A DNA stretch of 22,973 nucleotides from Fistulifera solaris (Eukaryota), in the NCBI GenBank assembly GCA_030295235.1, contig AP026120.1, forward strand, positions 62,001-84,973. The letters run 5' to 3'. Both the position numbers and the translations under genes were made by a program. Positions 1 to 12,409 of the stretch are shown here, piece by piece (positions within the stretch are counted from its first letter, which is position 1; each line of letters opens with the position of its first letter). The notes beneath the pieces are model-generated. The model searched no databases, was not told the origin of the DNA, and saw only the letters and a program-made list of their open reading frames with translations.

Positions 1-1585
1 ACACTTAAAATAATAGTTTTTTCTGAGTTTATAGGATAATATAATTTTCCTACTAAAATATTTTCGAAGTATAAAACCTTTATTAGTCTAATATAATAAA
101 AAGTAGAAACCACACTAAATACAATACTAGCTAAAGCTGGTAAATAATAAGAATTAATAATTAAAGGCAAAAATACACCCAATTTAGCTAAAAATCCAAC
201 AAGAGGTGGAATTCCTGCAATAGAGAACATAGTTAGAGATAATGCTAAAGAAAGAGGTATATTTGATTTTCTTAGTAATGCGAGATCACCTAATTCTTTA
301 TTGTATTTAGTCGTAATATTTTTTCTTTTTAATCTTAAAAACAATAGAATCGACCACACGCATAAACTAGAAATCATATAAATTATCATATAAACTAATG
401 CCATTTGAACTCCAGTAAAAGTGTCGGAACCCATTGCAATTAATATGTAACCCATGTGACTAGTAGAACTATACGCTAATAAAGTTTTTAATTTTCGTTG
501 CTTTAATCCTCCAAACGAACCAACGAAAATACTAAAAACTCCAATAGATAAGAAATAAAAGTCCCACCATTCTTTTATCTCAAAGAAAGCCATGTGACAA
601 AGTCTGATTAGAACTACCAGTATACTTAATTTAGTAATTACTGCAAAGAATATCGTTGAACTAGTAGGAGATCCTTCATAAACATCTAACGACCATAAAT
701 GAAACGGAGCTGCTGCTAATTTGATAAATAAACTAAATAAAATTAAAGTTAAACCTATTTCAACAAAATTAAAATAGTCGATGGTATAACCAAACAATAA
801 ATCGTCAAAAGTCAAATCGTAAACTTCAATAAGTCTAGCGTAACTTGCTCTAAAGCTAAATGAAAAAAGCCACGACTCAAAGAAAAAACTTGGTAAATAG
901 CCTATTCCAGGAAACCATTGTACCATAACATAATCATAAATAGAAGCATTATACATTCGATAAAAATCAAAAAAATTTATAGATCCAGTAAAGCCGTAAA
1001 TAAATGAACTTCCTAATAAAAAAAAAGGCAGACGAAACGGCACCAGTAATAAAATATTTTATACCACTTTCAACCGAATAACTTGATGTTTTTTTTGAAA
1101 GAAGCTAAAACATATAAAGCAAGACTAGATAATTCGATTGCTAAATAAGTAAGCAATAAATCATTACTACTACACATGATCAGTAAACCTAAAACAGAAA
1201 ATAAAATAATAATTAAATATTCAAATGATGTTAACTTTTGCTCTTTTAAAGAATCGGCAACAAATAGAAAATAAAGCCCTGAAAAAAAGCATAACCAAAA
1301 GCGTGTAAAAGATGCAAGAGAGTCATAGATTACAGCGTTACTAAATGACAAAATATCCATGAAATACGATGCTGAAGTAAGATCATCGTTTAGAATTAAA
1401 TAGCATGCCATAAAAAGTGTTAAAGCCATACACTCACTAACCGCCTTTTGTAACATTAGCCCATTTGAATTATAAGTGATCAAAGTAATCACTATTAATA
1501 TATAAATAATACTAAGAGTAATAAAATACTCAGGAAATACAGTAAAAGACTGTAAAGAAACTACATTATATAAATTATTTACCAT
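1..1585 (-). CDS. nad2: NADH dehydrogenase subunit 2, 3' end outside the window, two apparent homopolymer frameshifts (~1090 and ~1020)
   Basis: ORF track 1070..1597 gives the N-terminal half (FEYLIIILFSVLGLLIMCSSNDLLLTYLAIELSSLALYVLAS). After shifting frame at the T-run ~1089-1097 and A-run ~1018-1026 I read ESGIKYFITGAVSS...KLAAAPFHLWSLDVYEGSP...KTLLAYSSTSHMGY...FSIAGIPPLVGFLAK, all Nad2 motifs. Likely ATG at 1585-1583. Confidence 0.95.
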
Positions 1586-2189
1586 CAAATTTGTCAAAGA
1601 AGAAACTCGAATTTCGAGATAATTGTTTAGAAATAGACTGTTCTAATATTTGGCTTTTATTAAAATTATTTGTTAAATAAACAACTCCAATTAAAACAAG
1701 TAATAATGTAAAACCAGCAATTAAAAAATGTAAAACAAAGTAAGAATATAAAACGTGACCATAAACTTCGACGTCGGATACAGAATCAACCATGTCATAC
1801 CAGTTTTGATATTTATTAAAGTAAAAAGAATTTGCTAAAAAATTAGTATTAAAATGATCAGAAACTAAATTTAACAAAGGAATAAGGAAGAAAATGAAAA
1901 AACAAAACCAATAGGAATATATTTTAAAGCATTCTTTGATAAATTGATTGATTTTGTATCTAACATCATAATAGCAAATAAAAATAAAACAGCTATTGCA
2001 CCAACATAAATCACAATGAAAAGTAGAGCTAAGAACTCACATTCTAACAAAAATAGTAAGAACGATGAAAAAATAAAACACCCAACAAGGAATAGTAAAG
2101 AAAAAACGGGATGTTTTGGAAACAATAACCATAAAAGCACAAAAAACTAAAAGAGAGGAAAATATTATAAACAATGTATTAGAATTCAT
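1575..2189 (-). CDS. nad6: NADH dehydrogenase subunit 6, frameshifted at ~2117 and ~1885
   Basis: ATG at 2189 (MNSNTLFIIFSSLLVFCAFMVIVS), then HPVFSLLFL...EFLALLFIVIYVGAIAVLFLFAIMML and YGHVLYSYFVLHFLIAGFTLLLVLIGVVYLT. TAA at 1577-1575 overlaps the nad2 start by 11 nt. Confidence 0.93.
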
Positions 2190-2289
2190 TTAATAAAATA
2201 TATAATTTATAGATTATAGAAGAAAAAAGATTGAAATTTTTTTATAAAATGTTACAAATTTTTTATTAGTATACATTTTTACGAGAATT

Positions 2290-2380
2290 AAACAATTAAA
2301 ATTTTTTAAATGATTCCCTACAAATAGTATTTGAAAAAAATTTTAATAAACACTTGAGTTCAAAACGAGTTCAGGTTAAA
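2290..2380 (-). rRNA. rrn5: Probable divergent mitochondrial 5S rRNA, ends uncertain
   Basis: The minus strand reads AACCTGAACTCGTTTTGAACTCAAGTG, similar to 5S helix III/loop C (CCUGACCCCAUGCCGAACUCAGAAGUG in E. coli). It is followed by a 13-bp stem (2295-2307/2335-2347) enclosing ATACT-ATTTGT-AGGGAA, a loop-E-like motif. It lies just downstream of rns. Confidence 0.55.
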
Positions 2381-2381
2381 G

Positions 2382-2430
2382 ATATGAAAATAGGGATTGA
2401 ACCTATAAAATCACCTAATTGATTTTCATA
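2382..2430 (-). ncRNA. tRNA-like element lacking an anticodon arm (t-element-like)
   Basis: Minus strand: TATGAAA (acceptor 5') ATCA-ATTAGG-TGAT (hairpin with GG in loop) TTT ATAGG-TTCAATC-CCTAT (T-arm) TTTCATA (acceptor 3') T. All stems pair perfectly. Confidence 0.75.
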
Positions 2431-2431
2431 T

Positions 2432-3915
2432 TTTTCCAGCTACACGTTCCCGTACAGCTACCTTGTTACGACTTCATCCAAATCGCTAATTTTTCAATCG
2501 GTTAGAACAAAGTCAAACCTTCAAGTAAAACTAACTTTCTGCATGTGACGGGCGGTTTGTACAAGGCTAATTGACATATTCACCGCAACATTCTGATTTG
2601 CGATTACTAGTGATTCCAACTTCATGTAAACGAGTTGCAGCTTACAATCCGAACTGGGAAAACTTTTAGGAGATTAACAAAAATTTAATTTTAGTTACTT
2701 TTTGTAATTTTCATTGTAGCACGTGTGTAGCCCAATTCATAAGGGTCACATTGACTTGGCTTAATTCTTCCTTCCTTCAACTTATAATTGACTGTAACTT
2801 TAAAGCTTTTTCTAAAATATTTTAGAAAAGTAAATAATTAAAGTCAAGAGTTGCGTTCGTTAAGGGAACTAACCAAACATCTCACGACACGAACTGACGA
2901 CAGTCGTGCAACACCTGTAATATTTCATTTTTTTAATTATCAGCAATAAATAAAAATAAAAATTTAATATTATGTCAAGAATTGGTAAGGTTTTGCGCGG
3001 ATTATCGCATTAAACCACATGCTCCACCACTAGTATTAGCCCCCGTCAATTTCTTTGAGTTCCAACCTTGCGATCGTACTCCTCAGGCGGAGTGTTTATA
3101 GCGTTAGCTTAAAAATCTAAATAAATTTTAATTTTTACATTAAATTTCAACACTCATAATTTACAGGTATGGACTACCAGGGTCTCTAATCCTGTTTGCT
3201 ACCCATACTTTCGTCCCTCAACGTCAGTTTTTACCAAAAAGTCGCCTTCGCTAATGGTATTCCTTTATATATTTACAGATTTTACCCTTTCGTATAAAAT
3301 TCTACTTTTCTGTATAAAACTCAAGCAAAGCAGTATTACAAGCTGTTTTAAAGTTGGGCTTTAAATTTTAACAAGTAACTTACTTTACCGTCTACGGACT
3401 CTTTACGCCCAGTCATGATGAATAACGCTTGCCCTTCCCGTATTACCGCGACTGCTGGCACGAGTATTAGCCAGGACTAATTCTTAAGTAATGTCATTAT
3501 CATTCTTAATAAAGAAGTTTACAATCAAAAAAACCGTCTTTCGTTCATTTAGTATTGCTGGATCAGACTTTCGTCCATTGTCCAATATTCCTCACTGCTG
3601 GCCGAAAACTCAGCCTGGACCTTATTTCAGTTCCAGTGTGGTTGATCATCCTCTAAGACCAACTAAAGATCAAAGGCTTGGTAAGCTATTAAATTTACCA
3701 ACTACCTAATCTTACGCAGACCCATCTTTTAGCAGAAATACAAAATAACATCGTAAAACTTTTAAAATATTCATGATTTATGATTTTGTCATGAACTAAA
3801 AGGTAGCAGTCTGCGCTTTCCTCACCCGTTCGCCACGAAAATAATTCCGTTAGACTTGCATGTGTAAAGCATACTAGTAGCGTTCATTCTGAGCCAGAAT
3901 AAAACTCATATTATA
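2432..3915 (-). rRNA. rns: Mitochondrial small-subunit rRNA
   Basis: Reverse complements of universal SSU motifs: GAGTTTTATTCTGGCTCAG near 3890-3907, GTGCCAGCAGTCGCGGTAATAC near 3440-3461, GTACAAACCGCCCGTCAC near 2546-2563, AAGTCGTAACAAGGTAGC near 2457-2474 and the terminal helix ending ~2435. Ends approximate. Confidence 0.97.
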
Positions 3916-4014
3916 ATAACATAAAATATTTATATAAAATTAAGTTAATTTGAATTTAAATCTAATTTTGAATTATGAAATAATGTATAAAAATTTCACA
4001 AAGTTAAAAAATTT

Positions 4015-4608
4015 AAGTAATTTAATTTTAGTACTTGTCAGCTAAAAATTTTACAATTCTTACACTTCAAGCCTATCTATGTAATAGTCTTTTACATTTA
4101 TATAAAAACTGATTTTAAGGTTAATTTCTCGCTTAGATGCTTTCAGCGATTATTTATTACGAATTTAGCTACTCGACAGTGCTATTGGTATAACAATCGA
4201 TTCACCAGAGATTCGCTTTCTCCGGTCCTCTCGTACTAGGATTTAGTCCTTTCAGTTTTCAACACCTACGGTAGATAGGGACCAAACTGTCTCACGACGT
4301 TCTAAACTCAGATCATGTACCGCTTTCATTGGCGAACAGCCAAACCCTTGGAACCACTTACAGCTCCAGGATGCGATAATCCAACATCGAGGTGCCAAAC
4401 CATTCCGTCGATAGGGTCTCTAGAGAATGATTAGCCTGTTATCCCCGGCGTACCTTTTATTCATTGAGCGATAACCGTTTCCACTTAGAATTATCGGATC
4501 ACTATAACCGACTTTCGTCCCTGTTTGATTTGTCAATCTTACAGTCAAGCAAGTATATACTATTGCGCTTTAAAATTGGTATATATCAATTTAAACTTAC
4601 CTTTGTAT

Positions 4609-4653
<45 letters not shown>

Positions 4654-4822
4654 ATTATACACTGTTTTAAATAAATTAGTAATAAAAAATTTTAAGAGTG
4701 GTATTTCAAAGATCGTTTAAGTAATTTGCTTGCGCAAAGACTCATTTATTCAATAGAAACTATTAAATAAATATCAACTCCCACTTATGCTGCACATAAA
4801 AATTTTTATGACAATATATAAC

Positions 4823-4855
<33 letters not shown>

Positions 4856-6765
4856 CCGCAGGTACTCCGCATCTTCACGGAAAATTCAATTTCACTGAGA
4901 TTATGTTGGAGACAGTAGGACAGTCGTTACGCCATTCATGCAGGACACCAATTAAATGCCAAGGAATTTCGCTACCTTAGGACCGTCAGAGTTACAGCCG
5001 CCGTTTACTGGGAGTTAGGATCGAAGCGTAATTACTTCTTTCTTTAATCTTGCAGCACTGGGCAGGCGTCAGTCTCAATACATCTTTTTACAAATTAGCA
5101 GAGACCTGTGTTTTTAATAAACAGTCGCTGTCCTCGATTCTGTGACAACTTTACAAGGTTGCCCTAATAAAGTTACTCCTTCTTCCGAAGTTACGGAGTC
5201 ATTTTGCCGAGTTCCTTCAACATAATTATCTCAAGCGTCTTAATTTACTAAATTTGTCCACCTGTGTCGGTTTAAGTACGGTTTTTAAAATTTAAAGCTA
5301 TTTCTTGAAAATAATATAAAACTTTTATTTTTACCATAAAATAAAAATAATATTTTTATTTTGTCACTATAAATTAATAAAAAAATTTCATTTTTTACCC
5401 ATCGATTAGAACTTTCGTTTTTCTCTTAGAGACCGATTAACTTTTACCAAAACGGATTAGCCTTGTTTTGGAAACCTAGGACTTAAGACGACAATGTTTC
5501 GCACATTGTTTATCGTTACTCATATCAACATTTTCACTCCTGAATTTTCTAAATTATGTTGTCCATAATTTTTCACAAACATACAGGACGTTCTGCTACC
5601 ATTAAACAATTTTTTTTGTTTAATCTACGGTTTCGGTAAATAGTTTAAGTCCCTTTACATTTTCAATGCAAAAAAACTCGACCAATAAGCTGTTACGCTT
5701 TCTTTTGAGGCTGGCTGCTTCTAATCCTACCTATCGGTTGTCATCATTCTTTCACATTTTTTTCACTTAACTATTTTTAAGGACCTTAACCTTTAGTCTG
5801 GGCTGTTTCCCTCTCGACTATAGATCTTAGCATCTATAGTCTGTCTGCTTAAAGTCTTTTAAATTGTATTCGAAGTTTTAATAAACTCAGTAAGATTTTA
5901 CTCCCCATTGCTTATCAAGAGCTCTACCCCAAATTAAAGAAATTTTAAACGCTCTACTTAAATAGATTTCGCAGAAAACCAGCTATCTCTAAGTTTGATT
6001 GGCCTTTCACCCCTAACCACAAGTCATCCCAGTATTTTTCCACATACACGGGTTCGGTCCTCCAATAAGTATTACTACTTGAAATTCAACCAGCTCATGG
6101 TTAGATCACTTAGTTTCGGGTCTTATTTTAGAAACTTAAAAACATTTTAAAATTCAATTTCTTTTCGCCTACGTAGATATTTTACTTAAGCTCGCTACTA
6201 AAATAAACTTGTTGATCCATTATACAAAAGGTACGTTGTCACTTTATAAAGCTACAACTGTTTGTTTGCATTAAAATTCATTATCTTTTCAATTTTACAA
6301 AATCTTTTTCACCTTTCCTTCACAGTACTTTTCACTATCAAACATCAAAAATTTTAGACTTTGAGGGTGGTCCCCCAATATTCAATCAATACACGACTTG
6401 TATCAATTTACTTTAATCAAAAGTTAAAATTAAATAGAATTTTACAGGGTTTTTACCTTCTCTGACTTTTTTAAAAAATTAAATTCTAAATTATAACTTT
6501 TTAGTCTAAGTCGCACATTCGCTCTCCACTACTAATGCTATCTCGGTTGATTTCTTTCTTAGTTACTGAGATGATTCAGTTCACTAAGTTGAATTATGTT
6601 AATTATAAAATTAACACAAGTTTAAATTAAACAAAACTTGGTTTTCCATAATGGGAAATTGTAGTTCTCAGCAAAATATTTTACTCGCTACAAAATTTTG
6701 TTGTTAAACACCCACTTTTATTTTTTTGATGTATAGGAATTCCTTTAATGCATTATAAAACTTTT
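4015..6765 (-). rRNA. rnl: Mitochondrial large-subunit rRNA, no intron visible
   Basis: Sarcin-ricin loop AGTACGAGAGGACCG (~4223-4237), peptidyl-transferase motifs (GGCACCTCGATGT, GGGATAACAGGCT) and the 5'-domain AGTACTGTGAAGGAAAGGTGAAA. Length ~2.75 kb. Ends approximate. Confidence 0.97.
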
Positions 6766-6771
6766 TAACTA

Positions 6772-6846
6772 GGCGAATAATAGGATTTGAACCTATGACC
6801 TCTAGAACCACAATCTAGCACTCTAACCAACTGAGTTATACCCGCC
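6772..6846 (-). tRNA. trnH: tRNA-His (GUG), with encoded G-1
   Basis: G-GCGGGTA...CTAGA-TTGTGGT-TCTAG...ATAGG-TTCAAAT-CCTAT-TATTCGC-C cloverleaf. Confidence 0.95.
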
Positions 6847-7094
6847 AAATTGAATTTGAAAACTTTTTTCAAATTCAACTATCTTAGCTTTATTTATATT
6901 TGGTAAAACGAAATATGAACTTTTCAATGTAACTACAGACTCAAAACCCTCTAATAAAAAAGTTCTATGAATCTTTATAAAATAAATTCGCAAAGCTGAA
7001 CATTTATTTTTGGACAAAAAAAGGTTACAATTCGACAAATTATTATATTTAGCTCTTCATTTTTAGTATTTTTCAATTAATTCTAAGTTTTGTT

Positions 7095-9126
7095 TTATTT
7101 AATACTTTTTTCCTTAGGAGTTGGCTCGTATAGAATAAAAAATGCTGAAACAAAAACTAAAATAAATACTATTCGATCATTAAATAATGAAAACTGTACG
7201 AATGCCTCTCGGAAACCTAAAAGAAAAGTTACTCCCATTAGAATTAAAAAAGTATAATGGTAAATAAATCCTGTTTGCATCTTATGTAAACTAGAACCAA
7301 TTTTTAAAGCAACGCTAGATAAACCGGTAGGACCCAGAATTTCAAAAATACCTCTATCAACAAATTTATAGCTAGTTGAATAACCAAATTTAAAGAAAAA
7401 CTGCGCTAAATATTCGTTATAAATTTTATCAAAATACCATTTTCGATTTAAAAAATTATAAATTTTTTTACCAACAAAAGAAGTTTTTAGTTTGAATAAT
7501 AAATCTGATCTAAATGAATATAAAAAATAAGCTGATAAAACTCCTAATAAACTTAATTTTACAGGTAAAGTTTTATAAAAGGTTGGTATAAATTCAGCGT
7601 CAAATAAATTCATATTAACAGCATTAACATAAATAGCGCTTCCAAAAAACGGAGTTCCAACACCTACGATCATATCTTTAGTATAATATCCTACTAACAT
7701 ACTAGGTATTGATAAACTAGCCAATGCTATACAAATATTCAAGCCTGAATCAGCGGCATAAGAAATTACTTTTTTATAACCGTTAGGCTTCGATAAAAAA
7801 AGTTAGATAGGCTAGTCTAGTGGAATAAAAAGCTGTAAAGAAAGCTCCAACAGTTCCTAAAAAATAACTAAAATAACCAGGCAAACTATATTTACCATAA
7901 GCTACTTCTAAAATTAAATCTTTAGAATAAAAACCGGTTAAAAAAGGAAAACCAATTAATGCTAAAGAACCAATTGTCATCATAGCATAAGTGAAGGGTA
8001 GAAGAGATTTTAAACCACCCATTTTTCGCATATCTTGTTCATCCGCAACAGCATGGATGACTGACCCCGCTCCTAAAAAAAAGCAATGCCTTAAAAAATG
8101 CGTGATTAGATAAATGAAAAAAACCTACTGAATAATTCGATAAACCACATGCAAAAACCATGTAACCTAATTGGCTACAAGTAGAATAAGCTATAACACG
8201 CTTTAAGTCATTTTGCAATAAACCAGTTGTAGACGCAAAAAATGCAGTAAGTGCACCAACTATAGTAATTATTTCTAAAACATTAGGAATAAATTCATAT
8301 AGAAAAGAACTTCGAACAATTAAGAACACACCTGCAGTAACCATCGTAGCAGCATGAATTAACGCAGATACAGGAGTTGGCCCTTCCATGGCATCAGGTA
8401 ACCAAGTATGTAGACCTAACTGAGCTGACTTACCAACAGCTCCTAAAAATAAGAAAACTCCAATAGCTGTTAATAAATTTACATCTAAATTTAAAAAATT
8501 AATAACTTTATCTTTAAAAAACGGAGTTAGAACAGCAACACTTGCATAATCAATCGACTTATAATTAACGAAAATCAAAAAAATTCCCATTAACAAACTA
8601 AAATCTCCGATACGATTTATCAACATTGCTTTTATAGCAGCCTTATTCGCTTGAATTCTAGTAAACCAAAAATTAATTAATAAGTATGAGCACAAACCAA
8701 CACCTTCCCAACCAACAAACATTTGCACAAAATTATCAGCTGTTACTAAAATAAGCATAAAGAAAGTGAATAAAGATAAGTAAGACATGAAACGAGAAAT
8801 ATGAGGATCATGTGACATATATTCGGTAGAATATAAATGAACCAAAAATGAGATAAAAGTAACAACTACACACATAGAGGCAGTCAAACTATCGAACATA
8901 AAACCCCAATCAATATTTAAAACTTCCGAACTAATCCAAGTAGTTAATTTTATATAAACAAAACAACCTGAAAACGCAACTTCATAAAACACAAAAAGTG
9001 ATAATAAAAAGATAAAAATAAACAACTTGTTGTTATTATAGCAGAACCCCAAGATCCTAAATATCTACCGAATAATCCAGCAAGACAAGAACCGATAATA
9101 GATAAAAATACTAATAGTAAATACAT
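7095..9126 (-). CDS. nad5: NADH dehydrogenase subunit 5, three homopolymer frameshifts (~9008, ~8078, ~7797)
   Basis: ATG at 9126 ([24 protein letters not shown]). ORF fragments contain [58 protein letters not shown] and [10 protein letters not shown]. The fragments join by single-base corrections in A/T runs. Confidence 0.96.
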
Positions 9127-9142
9127 TTTTAATAATTAAACT

Positions 9143-9232
9143 TAGAAAAGGTGGGATTCGAACCCACGATATAGAGAATTTCTATATAGAAATTTAGCAG
9201 ATTTCCGCTATAAACCACTCAGCCACTTTTCC
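9143..9232 (-). tRNA. trnS: tRNA-Ser (GCU), long variable arm
   Basis: GGAAAAG...GAAAT-CTGCTAA-ATTTC, long variable arm, GTGGG-TTCGAAT-CCCAC-CTTTTCT-A. Confidence 0.95.
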
Positions 9233-9256
9233 GATAAAATAAACATTTCTTTAAAA

Positions 9257-10539
9257 TTAAGACTTATGCCGAACTAATGCTGCCTCAATTTTACCAACTA
9301 CTGGAATAATAACTAAGAAGAACATGAAGTAATAAACAGTAGCTACTTGAGAAACAAGTTTATAAGTATCTGTTACTGGTTTTTGACCAGCAATAACTAA
9401 AATAACGAAATCAGCAAGGAATAACCAAAAAAAAAATTTAAAAATAGGTCGATATGTTGTATTCCGAATTTCTGATGAATTAATGAAAGGTATTAAAAAT
9501 AGCACAGCAATTGAACCAAACATAGCAATAATTCCTCCGGTTTTATGTGGAATACCTCGTAAAATTGCATAATAAGCTAAAAAATACCACTCTGGAACAA
9601 CATGTCGTGGAGTTTCAAAAGGATCAGCTGGAATACAATTATCTGGATGGTTTAACACATTAGGGAAATAGAAAACAAAGGTAGCAAAAAAAACTAAAAA
9701 ACAAGATAAAGCAAATAAATCTTTAGAAGCATAATAAGGATAAAATGGAACATCATCTACTCCAGTATCAGATCCTATAGGACTATTTGAACCTACTTTG
9801 TGAAGTAATGCTAAATGAATTAAAGTAAATCCAGCAATAAAGAATGGTAGTAAAAAATGAATAACAAAAAATCGATTCAGAGTTGGATTCTTAATAGTAT
9901 AACCTCCCCATAACCATTCAACAATAGCACTACCAACAACTGGAATAACAGTAACCATACTTGTAATTACAGTTGCACCCCAAAAACTCATTTGACCCCA
10001 TGGTAAAACATAACCGGTGAAAGCAGTTCCCATCATTAAAAAGAATAAAATAACTCCAGAAACCCAAAGCCATTCACGTGGCTCCATATAAGAACCATAA
10101 TATAAACCTCTACAAATATGAGAATAAACAACTATAAAAAACATAGAAGCACCATTCGCATGTACGTAACGAATTAACCAACCATTTTTTATATCTCTCA
10201 TTATATACTCAACACTACTAAACGCTAAATCAACATTTGGAGCGTAGTGCATTGATAAAAAAATACCAGAAACCATTTGAATAACTAGACAAATACCAGC
10301 TAGAGAACCAAAACTCCAAGCATAAGTTAATGTAATTGGAGTTGGATAATGGATTATATGACTATCGATTAGTGCAAAAAATATGCTTTATTTAACCGTG
10401 GTAGATTAACGGGCAACAACGACTTAAGGCTAATTTGAAGTTGTAATAAAAGACTTGACAACGAAAAACTAGGTCGAACTATACCACTTGGTAGATTAAT
10501 TAACGGACTTGATGTAATACGATTATGTGAACTATTCAT
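9257..10539 (-). CDS. cob: Apocytochrome b with an apparent N-terminal extension, one homopolymer frameshift (~10376-10381)
   Basis: ORF 9257..10276 has HANGASMFF, GYVLPWGQMSFWGATVIT and PEWYFL. The frame extends upstream as DSHIIHYPTPITLTYAWSFGSLAG. One added T joins it to a frame opening at ATG 10539, 3 nt after trnM. Confidence 0.93.
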
Positions 10540-10542
10540 AAA

Positions 10543-10613
10543 TGTAAGAGATAAGAGTTGAACTTATATTTTCAGGGCATGAGCCTGACTGGTTACCGTT
10601 ACCACACCCTTAC
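10543..10613 (-). tRNA. trnM: tRNA-Met (CAU), probably elongator
   Basis: GTAAGGG...TCAGG-CTCATGC-CCTGA...ATAAG-TTCAACT-CTTAT-CTCTTAC-A. Paired G1-C72 and no run of three G-C pairs in the anticodon stem argue against the initiator. Confidence 0.9.
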
Positions 10614-10707
10614 AAAAGGAAAAAATGCATAGTGAGAATAGGATTATGCCAACAAGAAATTGAAAAAATTCCAAGTATAGCAAAACCTACAAACTCAACT
10701 ATTTAAA

Positions 10708-12399
<1,692 letters not shown>

Positions 12400-12409
12400 T
12401 TATTCGATC

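Noticed and set aside
2382..2430. Mitochondrial tmRNA (ssrA) or a functional armless tRNA
   Set aside because: The acceptor stem lacks the alanine identity (GGG start, G3-U70 pair), and the only internal hairpin has a 6-nt loop rather than a 7-nt anticodon loop.
3491..3709. 72-aa ORF on the + strand
   Set aside because: Antisense to conserved SSU rRNA sequence, so a chance frame.
4464..4670. 68-aa ORF on the + strand
   Set aside because: Antisense to domain V of the LSU rRNA, so a chance frame.
7095..9126. nad5 (and nad2, nad6, cob) as pseudogenes or naturally split genes
   Set aside because: The breaks I traced are single-base changes in homopolymer runs, and protein conservation is intact on both sides. 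Sequencing error is the simpler explanation.
10614..10707. Hydrophobic reading (IVEFVGFAILGIFSISCWHNPILTMHFF) in the cox1-trnM spacer
   Set aside because: No ATG at its start, under 30 codons, runs into trnM and does not resemble the missing Cox1 tail.
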